Shown here piece after piece: positions 7,519-14,929 of a DNA stretch of 30,854 nt. The position numbers were made by a program, and so were the translations under genes. The DNA is from a virus (taxonomy: Duplodnaviria; Caudoviricetes): positions 1-30,854 of IMG/VR virus record IMGVR_UViG_3300031577_000010; one strand, 5' to 3'. Position 1 is the first letter of the stretch, and each line of letters opens with the position of its first letter. Under the pieces are notes generated by a model. That model had not been told where the DNA came from. It made no database searches and was given only the letters and a program-made list of their open reading frames with translations.

Positions 7519-7757
7519 TTTCCAATTCCGAACACTGCTAACACGGCCACTAAAGCAGTCAACGCTACAGCCGCTAACGACGCTACACTTCCTAACATCC
7601 CAACCGCGTCGGCCAGCTCTGCGTACCAGCCTTTTTTAGAAGCTGTAAGAAGCGCCTTTAGCAAAGCCACCGTTAATCCCGTTATCCCTATTCCGATGCA
7701 CATTGAAGCGGGAGTGCCCGGTTTAACAAATTGCCATATAAATTCACTGTATGACAT
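7515..7757 (-). CDS. SpoIIIAC/SpoIIIAD-like membrane protein
   Basis: GLTVALLKALLTASKKGWYAELADAVG...AVF aligns without gaps to B. subtilis SpoIIIAC as I recall it (GIVVAFLHTILDQMGKKEYAQWVTLLG...AVF). Confidence 0.6.
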   Translation of the reverse strand: MSYSEFIWQFVKPGTPASMCIGIGITGLTVALLKALLTASKKGWYAELADAVGMLGSVASLAAVALTALVAVLAVFGIGK

Positions 7758-8356
7758 TTCTCCATATCCCCCATCATTTTTTCATAAGATACGATTTCAA
7801 ACTCTAACTTTGATTTTACTTTTGGCGGTTTTTCACTAACTACCAAGATTTTCGGGAACCGTTCAACGTATTTCGTCCACCACTGGTTAGCATATCCGTC
7901 CGTGTTATACCATTTCTCGTATTTCTCCGCTTTGTCAAACTTATTAAAACCCCGATCAAATTCAATAAAGGCGAACCGGTATTTTTCAGTTACCGTGTTA
8001 AAAATACCGATCAGTCCATCAGGTCTTAACACATTGTAATTAATCTCATAATTGAAGGAATAAACCTTTTCCCAGCTTCGCAGATTTGATAATAACCATA
8101 ACCTAATCCAGTTCATTCCGACTCTGTGCTCCTGTTGTAAAGGTAGTTTCGAGCTGTAATAGCAGTAGGGTTGCCCAAGGTTTTCTCTGTGCCGTAAGAC
8201 TTTCCCAGCCTCTGACAATCGCTGCATTCTCTTCTGTGCCATATGCAGCGATGGAAAAAACATTTTAGTCAATTGAAATATATCTAAGCAACCCCAATCG
8301 TTTAATGTCTCTTGGATAAGCCTATCTCGGTAACAGCTTTTTTGGTGATTGTTCAT
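7688..8356 (-). CDS. Replication-relaxation (Replic_Relax, MOB_L-type relaxase-like) protein
   Basis: N-terminal wHTH (QL..MFF....AQKRMQRL...G), H.V..N, RPDG, FIEFDRG, K.EKY, FPKILVVS; adjacent to FtsK. Confidence 0.8.
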   Translation of the reverse strand: MNNHQKSCYRDRLIQETLNDWGCLDIFQLTKMFFPSLHMAQKRMQRLSEAGKVLRHRENLGQPYCYYSSKLPLQQEHRVGMNWIRLWLLSNLRSWEKVYSFNYEINYNVLRPDGLIGIFNTVTEKYRFAFIEFDRGFNKFDKAEKYEKWYNTDGYANQWWTKYVERFPKILVVSEKPPKVKSKLEFEIVSYEKMMGDMEKCHTVNLYGNLLNRALPLQCASE

Positions 8357-9428
8357 TATGCCATATCACCCCCTGCCTACCCTGCAACAGCAAGCGGGCC
8401 TCGGCTACCGGCAAATAGGGCGCTTGGACTTCCAGCTGCCTTTCCCATTGATAAATAGCCCGACCTTTAATTTCAGGTAGCATAGCTGCGGCGTCATTGT
8501 CTAAAAGCATTCGGGAGTTCACCGCGTCCCGTGTCCTGAATACCAAACTAGCATTTATTAGCGCGCGTGATGAAGTCCACCCTGGCCACATATCGGCGCT
8601 GGGACGTTGTGTACTCAGTATCGCAGTAAACCCTGCAGCTCTACCTAACCTTAAAGCGCGGTTGACTAACGTTTGGCAAGTTTCATCTTGAAGTTCTGCT
8701 AATTCATCGATCACAAGCAGCATAAAAGGCATAAATCCCTTAAATTCTTGAATTTTGACACACCCGGCGCGCTCTAAAATGTCTAATCGCTTATCAATTT
8801 CCTTGTTAATCGCTGTTAATACTTCGCGAGCTTGAGGGATATCCGTTATAACAAGAGCGTGGTTCTTCAAGTATGTAAATTCCAGGCGTTTCATATCGAC
8901 AATGACGCAATAAGCGTCCCTCAATAGAAGGATATTACACACCAAGGAGTGAATCGCGTTACTTTTCCCCCATCCAGGCATTCCTGCAATCATTAAATAA
9001 GGGCTATCTGCTAAATCCCTGACAACCGGGCCAATTGCTGATTTACCGAAATACACAGGCAAGAAAGCTCCCTCTAAATCTGTAGGCTCATATGGTAATA
9101 TCATGGGAATCGGTTCGCTAAGTACGGTTAATATAATCGCTTTCCCCCTTTTTTCAATTTCTACGCAGCCTGCTGCAGCATCCGCGAAATAATGTTTTTT
9201 ACTCTCTAAATCCCGGTAAGCGATCCCCGGTGGCATATGAAACACAAAGTAATGCTGACTCTTATTTTTATTATGCGAAATTACAAGAGGTCTTGGTTCC
9301 TTTGGCCATAAAGCTTCTACCGTATCAAGTATAGCGGCTGAAACTTCGTTACCCTTTCTGTGGCGCCAGGCCCGTTGAACAGTGGACACAACCGGGGCTA
9401 ACATACTATTATCTTTGTTTACCACCAA
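8322..9428 (-). CDS. FtsK/SpoIIIE-family ATPase (no N-terminal TM domain, no gamma domain)
   Basis: Walker A GMPGWGKS, VDMK..E, Walker B LVIDELAEL, LGRAAG, STQRP, A..LP..KGRAI. Confidence 0.93.
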   Translation of the reverse strand: MVVNKDNSMLAPVVSTVQRAWRHRKGNEVSAAILDTVEALWPKEPRPLVISHNKNKSQHYFVFHMPPGIAYRDLESKKHYFADAAAGCVEIEKRGKAIILTVLSEPIPMILPYEPTDLEGAFLPVYFGKSAIGPVVRDLADSPYLMIAGMPGWGKSNAIHSLVCNILLLRDAYCVIVDMKRLEFTYLKNHALVITDIPQAREVLTAINKEIDKRLDILERAGCVKIQEFKGFMPFMLLVIDELAELQDETCQTLVNRALRLGRAAGFTAILSTQRPSADMWPGWTSSRALINASLVFRTRDAVNSRMLLDNDAAAMLPEIKGRAIYQWERQLEVQAPYLPVAEARLLLQGRQGVIWHNEQSPKKLLPR

Positions 9429-9649
9429 TCGTCACCCGCTTCCTTGATTTCAATTTTGGGCACAGTTACCGTGCAGCCAGCCATTTTTTGAGACACAATC
9501 TTTTCAATCAGAGCTGTAATACTGTTATCCGGCTCAATTTCTTGCCGGATCCGCGTTTTAACCCACTCGCTAAAATTACCTATACGACTAATAAATTCAA
9601 CAATATCATGATCCTTTGTCGAAAGATAAACCGGCTTTATTTTCCCCAT
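9419..9649 (-). CDS. Small ParR-like (putative RHH) DNA-binding adaptor
   Basis: Directly downstream of parM; beta-strand IKPVYL followed by helices (D.DIVEFI...NFSEWVK..IR). Start ATG 9649 after GGGGTG. Confidence 0.55.
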   Translation of the reverse strand: MGKIKPVYLSTKDHDIVEFISRIGNFSEWVKTRIRQEIEPDNSITALIEKIVSQKMAGCTVTVPKIEIKEAGDDWW

Positions 9650-10452
9650 CGTTGACACCCCAGCCAATAGTTGCCTCTCGCGTTAGCATTAATTGGGTCC
9701 TCGACAATTCGGGCTGTAGGATAATATTCTTGCATCCAGTTTCCCATTGCCAAGGCTCCGCCCCCGGCAAGCAAGATTTTCTCAGATTTTACATTAAGCC
9801 ACCGGCGTGATAAGTCAGCATAAACGCGTCTAGCCAATTGCTCTGCCGCGGCATCTGTCCCAGCGTTCTCAATCTCGATACAGCCATAATTAAGCGTAAA
9901 GCTATCAACATCAATAAATTTGCCGTTTTTTATAGTCAGTGCATTTATTGTGCGGCTTCCTAGATCAATAACCCGGCACATTCTACCCGGATTATTTGCC
10001 CAATAAGCGCCGCCGCCCTCAATTGTTATCCCTATGTCATCTTCGCCTAGCGCTATTGTTGAACGAGTCCCATTTACCTCAACATCGTACCTACCCGACA
10101 ATAACCGAATGTACTCTTGCTTTATGTCCGGAGTATGTTGCTCGACCGGCAACCCCGTTACTAATTTGATTCGCTCACCTGGTACCGCCATTAATGCTAG
10201 TGCGGACAGTGTGAGTATTTTAGTTTCTTCGTGAATCTTACTTTGAGTCACCATTTCACGTCGGAAGCGACTCTCATTAGCCGCCAGGTCGCCTACAAAA
10301 TACTTTTCGTTATTGATAGAAATGCTGTAGTTTCCACCTTCACTGACGTTCCTTTCGCGCCACTCGCCAACTACAGCCGGAATACTCAAAGCTCTTTGAC
10401 CGTTAAAAGCTTTGACTGCTCGGCGACCGCAGTCAATAGATACTACCTGCAT
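9637..10452 (-). CDS. ParM/StbA-family actin-like ATPase
   Basis: SIDCGRRAVK, YFVG..A, LVTGLPV, EGGGA, VIDLGSRTIN, LLAGGGA, P.NANARG actin-fold motifs. Start ATG 10452 after GGGGGTG. Confidence 0.92.
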   Translation of the reverse strand: MQVVSIDCGRRAVKAFNGQRALSIPAVVGEWRERNVSEGGNYSISINNEKYFVGDLAANESRFRREMVTQSKIHEETKILTLSALALMAVPGERIKLVTGLPVEQHTPDIKQEYIRLLSGRYDVEVNGTRSTIALGEDDIGITIEGGGAYWANNPGRMCRVIDLGSRTINALTIKNGKFIDVDSFTLNYGCIEIENAGTDAAAEQLARRVYADLSRRWLNVKSEKILLAGGGALAMGNWMQEYYPTARIVEDPINANARGNYWLGCQRWGK

Positions 10453-10464
10453 CCTTGCACCCCC

Positions 10465-10495
10465 TATATAGTTTTGTATATAGCTCACTATATAG
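10465..10495. repeat. Three TATATAG repeats at a 12-bp period upstream of parM (parC/operator candidate)
   Basis: Copies at 10465-10471, 10477-10483 and 10489-10495. Confidence 0.65.
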
Positions 10496-10550
10496 GTATG
10501 CATCAGAGACTATTTATTGCGTGTCCACTACCAAATTTATTTTTAATCAA

Positions 10551-10584
10551 ATAAAAAAGATGGCCTGCATTATCACAGGTCATC
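10551..10584 (-). terminator. Intrinsic terminator after the XRE gene
   Basis: Minus strand GATGACCTG-N8-CAGGCCATC-TTTTTTAT. Confidence 0.7.
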
Positions 10585-10776
10585 CTCATAAAACAATTCT
10601 TCAATTGGTATATTTAATTTTTTTAATATCTTCCAAGTTGATTCTAAATTGGGTTGTGTTCTATTTAATTCCCATTGATTGTATAAGTGACGGCCAACTC
10701 CTAGATGTTCTGCAAATTCAGTCTGGTTCATTTCATGTTTATGTCGAAAACTTTTTAATTTGTTTTTCAGTTCCAT
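10573..10776 (-). CDS. XRE-family HTH regulator
   Basis: NKLKSFR...MNQTEFAEHLGV.R..YNQWE....QP......I...L....EELF. Confidence 0.9.
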   Translation of the reverse strand: MELKNKLKSFRHKHEMNQTEFAEHLGVGRHLYNQWELNRTQPNLESTWKILKKLNIPIEELFYEDDL

Positions 10777-10861
10777 AGCATCATCCTATTCAGGTTCTAA
10801 ACCAAATAATTCATGGGTTTATAGTAATTATTTGAATATTTTTCATAAATAGTCGTTGAAC

Positions 10862-11212
10862 TTAACGCAATCCAAGATAATTCGTTACTAAATGCTTTGC
10901 AACCTCTGAAATAACTCCAAATGTTACGTTTCCTAGTGGTTTAATTGTATCTTTTGTTTTTTCCCAAATATTACTATTTCTAATATTGTCAAGATACCCT
11001 CTGCCATTCGGCGTTATATCGATAATGTACCCATTACTTGATTCAATAAAGCTAGCATCGCAGAGATATTTGACATGATAATATACAACACGATTATCAT
11101 AAGAAGTAAAACGTTCTTCCCATATCAATTCAGCAGTATAGTTAATATCACCATCGGCTTTTTCTTCAATAAACATCAGAATTTCTCTAATTAAATCATA
11201 ATTAAGCTTCAT
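10862..11212 (-). CDS. DUF2513-like protein (moron)
   Basis: MKLNYDLIREILMFIEE, YHV.YL.DA.FI, ITP.G..YLDNIR...IW.KTK. Confidence 0.8.
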   Translation of the reverse strand: MKLNYDLIREILMFIEEKADGDINYTAELIWEERFTSYDNRVVYYHVKYLCDASFIESSNGYIIDITPNGRGYLDNIRNSNIWEKTKDTIKPLGNVTFGVISEVAKHLVTNYLGLR

Positions 11213-11255
11213 TTTGTGCCTTCCTTCTTTCAGACCAAATAAAGTCTCTTCAAAT

Positions 11256-12026
11256 CTAATTATCTTTTGGGGAGTAGTACCCTACCGACAACTCCCCTTT
11301 CATAATATCTACAATTTCTTCAAAATGTTTATCAATTATTTCTTTTAGCTTTAAACTTTTTTCATAACGTAAAGCTCTTTCTTTTTGCTCTCCAAACTCA
11401 CTTTTACAGTTTATAAATAGATCGAACAACTGATTATTTAAGTCTTTTAGTTTTATTAAAAGGGGAGGAGAAAGATATAATTGAGACTTTAAATAAATAT
11501 TTTTCATTTGGTTTATAGCATTTTCGGCGTCAAATTCTTCTTTAAATTTTACATATTCACGAATTTCTCTCTCTGCTTGGGTTCTATCCCTTTTCCATAA
11601 TGCTACAAGGTCATCAATTTTTCCTTTAGGTAACAGAAGCTTCTTCAAATGTTCACTAATGTCGTCTTCATTATACCCGGAATAAGATGGCATCAATTTT
11701 AAAGCACTTGCAAGCTGTAAAGTGTAGCTATATGCGTTTAAAATTTCCTCGTATAATTTAATATAATGCTCATGTTTTTTCGTTGTGTAAAGATTAAAAT
11801 CAGATAATTTTCGTTGGTACTCAAACTTAGTTTGCTCACTAATATCCTGTAAATCTCGCTTATACTTTTCGAGTTGTTTAGCAAAGTAGAAATCAGTCCT
11901 TTTGAAATATGAATCAATTACTTTGCTTAAAAGAAACTTAAAACCTGCGAATATGGTTATCCCTGATACACCTAATGAAGTAATAACGGTATTCCAATCC
12001 AAAGACTTTAGCCATTCAATCATCAT
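11256..12026 (-). CDS. N-terminally membrane-anchored helical protein (AT-rich moron)
   Basis: TM segment VITSLGVSGITIFAGF followed by a coiled-coil-rich body; low GC. Confidence 0.8.
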   Translation of the reverse strand: MMIEWLKSLDWNTVITSLGVSGITIFAGFKFLLSKVIDSYFKRTDFYFAKQLEKYKRDLQDISEQTKFEYQRKLSDFNLYTTKKHEHYIKLYEEILNAYSYTLQLASALKLMPSYSGYNEDDISEHLKKLLLPKGKIDDLVALWKRDRTQAEREIREYVKFKEEFDAENAINQMKNIYLKSQLYLSPPLLIKLKDLNNQLFDLFINCKSEFGEQKERALRYEKSLKLKEIIDKHFEEIVDIMKGELSVGYYSPKDN

Positions 12027-12067
12027 ATCACCTTTTATATAATCGTTTTAACATAATTATAGCATAA

Positions 12068-12096
12068 AAGGAAAAGATAGGATTTACCTATCTTTT
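12068..12096 (-). terminator. Terminator ending the replication-region transcript
   Basis: AAAAGATAGG-N5-CCTATCTTTT perfect inverted repeat. Confidence 0.7.
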
Positions 12097-12180
12097 GGGC
12101 TCACATATTCCGATTCTCTTAGCTTCGGGATTCGTGCATCGTGTCCCGTCGCATGAGCTACAGATATAAGGGCTATCCAT
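12088..12180 (-). CDS. 30-aa Cys-rich peptide
   Basis: MDSPYICSSCDGTRCTNPEAKRIGICEPKR; RBS GAGGAGG; overlaps the upstream stop. Confidence 0.45.
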   Translation of the reverse strand: MDSPYICSSCDGTRCTNPEAKRIGICEPKR

Positions 12181-12577
12181 TGCCGGTCGCCTCCTCGTTG
12201 TTTATTCCCTCCGCTAATTCATTAAACTTGATAAATAACTTATCCATAGCATATTCAAACATATTTCCATGTCCAGCTTCTTTCCCTACAGCAACATGGG
12301 CTAATTCCTCTGCCAATGTATCTACTATTTGGCTAAGCTCTAAATCTGGATTTAATAGTATAAGAGGTATTTCTCCATTTTTAAATCTAGTTGCCCCTGC
12401 CGCCCCGATTCTAACAATGTCATTTTTTTCTATAAACCAAAAGTCTCTATCGTCTAAATCGTTAATTGTAGGCTGGGGAATATCATTTGAAAACTCTATT
12501 TCGCAAGTTTTATCAGGCCACAACTCCGAAAACGCTTGAATTAGTATTGAAAACGGATCATTTTTAATCTTTATCAT
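12173..12577 (-). CDS. Zincin/ImmA-like metallopeptidase-fold protein
   Basis: ILLN......DTLAEELAH.......H (ExxxH variant of HExxH); RBS AGGAGGAG. Confidence 0.55.
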   Translation of the reverse strand: MIKIKNDPFSILIQAFSELWPDKTCEIEFSNDIPQPTINDLDDRDFWFIEKNDIVRIGAAGATRFKNGEIPLILLNPDLELSQIVDTLAEELAHVAVGKEAGHGNMFEYAMDKLFIKFNELAEGINNEEATGNG

Positions 12578-12598
12578 CGCCGCTCCTCCTTACAGGGA

Positions 12599-12751
12599 TT
12601 ATCCATCCCACTCGCTTTTTAATTCAGTTATAATTTTTGATGCTTCTTGTCTTGTTAAATCAACGCCTAAATAATTGTCACAATTATAACCTAAGTTATC
12701 ACAAAGCAACTTGATAAAATCTCGCTGGGCAACAGTTGCTAGATTATCCAT
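12599..12751 (-). CDS. 50-aa hypothetical protein
   Basis: MDNLATVAQRDFIKLLC...LTRQEASKIITELK (AT..Q..FI / LT..EAS..I motif common in phage mini-proteins); RBS AAGGAG. Confidence 0.65.
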   Translation of the reverse strand: MDNLATVAQRDFIKLLCDNLGYNCDNYLGVDLTRQEASKIITELKSEWDG

Positions 12752-12869
12752 TGTGTTCACTCCTTTGCCTTAGATAAGCTAGCCAATAGCCCTCTTGTCT
12801 ACCTACTGCAAACCCTATAACAAACCCCGTCAGCAATCCAAACAGTGCTACTATTATGAGATCAACCAT
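12744..12869 (-). CDS. 41-aa single-TM protein
   Basis: MVDLIIVALFGLLTGFVIGFAVGRQEG...; RBS AAAGGTG; fills the gap in the operon. Confidence 0.55.
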   Translation of the reverse strand: MVDLIIVALFGLLTGFVIGFAVGRQEGYWLAYLRQRSEHNG

Positions 12870-13524
12870 CACTATCACCTTTCTTCAAAATAATAACCTT
12901 CCGTTTTTGTACTCCAAAGTTATCACAGTCATCTTTTGATTCCATGAAAACGTCTAATTTATATCCTTTAATAGCCCCGCCTGAATCCTCTACCACTCTT
13001 TCGCCGATTCCATCAATAATAACCCGGCTACCGGGCGGCAGTACTCGAAAGTCTGCCGCTATTGTTCTGCCTTCCGTGGCCCGCGATCCGGTCGCCGTAA
13101 TACCATAACCTTCATCCCCTGGCCGTTTCCCGGTAGACTCTACGCCATTGTTGTAGGCTGTCACCTCAAAAATGAGGCAATCGTTACTACTACTATTGCT
13201 ATCCCAACGATTATGTAGGCTGTATCGACTCGTTTCTCTGCTTTCTTGGCGCGGACGCTCCATAAATTCGTTAATTCTTTCCATTCGCCCGCTTGACTCT
13301 CCCAGAAATTTTTCAAGTCTGTCACTACAGTTATATTTTTCGACGTCTTTTCCAAAGCCGATTGTAAACATTGAACCTCTTTCGCTAACCGATTGATAGT
13401 TTTGCGCTCCCAAGTTTTCCGTAAACTCTTGTTTTTGTTCATGTAGCCGCCCATAAAACACGCCTCCCATTATTATCATTACAGCGACCAACCCCAGGTT
13501 AAATCGGTTTTTTAAAAACTTCAT
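12862..13524 (-). CDS. 3D-domain (cell-wall-acting, lytic-transglycosylase-like) protein with N-terminal TM
   Basis: VTAY, GITATG, TIAAD..VLPPGS.V.I, VEDSGGAIKG..LDVF. Start uncertain (13524 or 13539). Confidence 0.85.
   Translation of the reverse strand: MKFLKNRFNLGLVAVMIIMGGVFYGRLHEQKQEFTENLGAQNYQSVSERGSMFTIGFGKDVEKYNCSDRLEKFLGESSGRMERINEFMERPRQESRETSRYSLHNRWDSNSSSNDCLIFEVTAYNNGVESTGKRPGDEGYGITATGSRATEGRTIAADFRVLPPGSRVIIDGIGERVVEDSGGAIKGYKLDVFMESKDDCDNFGVQKRKVIILKKGDSDG
13161..13454 (-). CDS. Coiled-coil protein with C-terminal TM, nested out of frame inside the 3D gene
   Basis: GGGAGG RBS 8 nt upstream of ATG 13454; heptad pattern followed by AYIIVGIAIVVVTIASF. Confidence 0.55.
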   Translation of the reverse strand: MGGYMNKNKSLRKTWERKTINRLAKEVQCLQSALEKTSKNITVVTDLKNFWESQAGEWKELTNLWSVRAKKAEKRVDTAYIIVGIAIVVVTIASFLR

Positions 13525-13756
13525 CCGGTAAACTTTCAAGTAAATGTTTCAATTCATTAATTTTTTCATAGAGCGCTTCAATCGTTTTTGGAATCTTTAT
13601 ATCGTGTTCAATCAGCCCTTTAATTGCAAGACGATAAGTTGGATAATACCCGATAACTTCTACTCGGTCAGCTCCCTTTTTGCTAGTAACTTTCTTTTGT
13701 AGAATCACGTTGCACGGGTCCGTTGTTAAGAAATATTCGTCATTTATTTTTATCAT
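13499..13756 (-). CDS. Hypothetical phage protein
   Basis: IKINDEY.LT.D..NVILQKK...GYY pattern common in Firmicutes phages; RBS GGAGGT. Confidence 0.75.
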   Translation of the reverse strand: MIKINDEYFLTTDPCNVILQKKVTSKKGADRVEVIGYYPTYRLAIKGLIEHDIKIPKTIEALYEKINELKHLLESLPDEVFKKPI

Positions 13757-14240
13757 GGTGTACCTCCATTAGATAAACACCCAAGGCTTCAATTACTCGC
13801 CATGCGGCAGCCGCTGGATGCCCACCGGCAACCGTGTCGCTTTTATCTCCAGCAAGCCAGCAATGAATGTGTGTCAGAGCATGATTAAGATGTTCCTGCC
13901 AGGGTATCTTTTTCCAGTTATCCGGTCCATAACGCTTTTGCCCATAACCGCTACGCTTTGCGATTTCCAGCATTGCGACCGGCGAAAAGTCGATCCAGCA
14001 ATAAGGCGAATCGGATTGCTTGCCTCCTTGTTCATTAACCTTGACTTTGGCATCCGGAGAAACACCCTCTATTGCAAAATTGGCGTTAGCTACAGGATAA
14101 CAGGCACTAGCAGCTTCTACTGCCAAAGTTGCTGCCGCTGTCGCTGGACTCCAGCAAAGATATTCTATGCACTCAGCACATGGTTTTTCAGTAGCCTGTA
14201 GTTCAGTAAATTTACAAGTGACACAATTCCGTTCAATCAT
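13740..14240 (-). CDS. dATP/dGTP diphosphohydrolase-domain protein (DUF5664-like) with N-terminal CxxC-CxxC
   Basis: YG.KRYG.DNWKK......NHAL.H..W..GD......H.AAAAW. Start moved to ATG 14240 (RBS AAGGAGGG). Confidence 0.7.
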   Translation of the reverse strand: MIERNCVTCKFTELQATEKPCAECIEYLCWSPATAAATLAVEAASACYPVANANFAIEGVSPDAKVKVNEQGGKQSDSPYCWIDFSPVAMLEIAKRSGYGQKRYGPDNWKKIPWQEHLNHALTHIHCWLAGDKSDTVAGGHPAAAAWRVIEALGVYLMEVHHDKNK

Positions 14241-14709
14241 CTTCCCGCCCTCCTTTTGGACGTTTTTTGTCCAAATTGTAAGTATAGTAATTCCGATCAT
14301 TATTTTTCTTAATGACTTCCCGCCGTAAATCTTCAATATCTTTTTCGGAATAACCAAGAATATGCAGCATTGTTTCGCGCGTCATTTGCCCGTCGATAAG
14401 TTCCATAGCATAGTCGTGCTTTAAGAGCTTGCTGTAAGTACTTCGCATAAAGCACATATAAGCTTCAGTTTCTTCTATGTTCTCACTTACAATATGGTTG
14501 TACTGTTTTGGAAGAGTGTTACTGAGATATCTAATAGCCGGACGTATCTTTGTTTCCTCGTTCCGTTTGAACCAGCCCAAAAGGTTTCTATAATGCGACA
14601 AAGCACTGTTTACTTCACGTAATTCCTTTTCCGATAATTTGCGTTTATCCCAGCCTTTAGTACTCAACTCACAAGCTGTTTGTAAAAGTAACGCAATTTC
14701 GTCTAACAT
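14233..14709 (-). CDS. Hypothetical protein
   Basis: 158 aa, RBS GGAGG, operon context. Confidence 0.75.
   Translation of the reverse strand: MLDEIALLLQTACELSTKGWDKRKLSEKELREVNSALSHYRNLLGWFKRNEETKIRPAIRYLSNTLPKQYNHIVSENIEETEAYMCFMRSTYSKLLKHDYAMELIDGQMTRETMLHILGYSEKDIEDLRREVIKKNNDRNYYTYNLDKKRPKGGREDD
14256..14274. promoter_or_regulatory. Palindromic motif copy TTGGAC-N7-GTCCAA
   Basis: ttggac gtttttt gtccaa, abutting the RBS of the 14240 gene. Confidence 0.7.
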
Positions 14710-14719
14710 TTTAATCCTC

Positions 14720-14929
14720 CTATTTATTCTTTTTCTTCATTTCCTGTTTAAACATATCAATTGACATGTTTATTCCTTGAAGTTCAATATAAGCAGCGAC
14801 TCCCAGCACCAAAAAGCCGGCATTCGGGCACCCCCTTTCATACCCTATTATTGCAACTAGACCAATCGTTGCTAACCAAAGAAGGTTGCGAAATATCCAC
14901 CTATTTCGTAGTTCTTCTTTATCTTGCAT
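14720..14929 (-). CDS. Small two-TM membrane protein
   Basis: LLWLATIGLVAIIG and AGFLVLGVAAYI. Confidence 0.7.
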   Translation of the reverse strand: MQDKEELRNRWIFRNLLWLATIGLVAIIGYERGCPNAGFLVLGVAAYIELQGINMSIDMFKQEMKKKNK

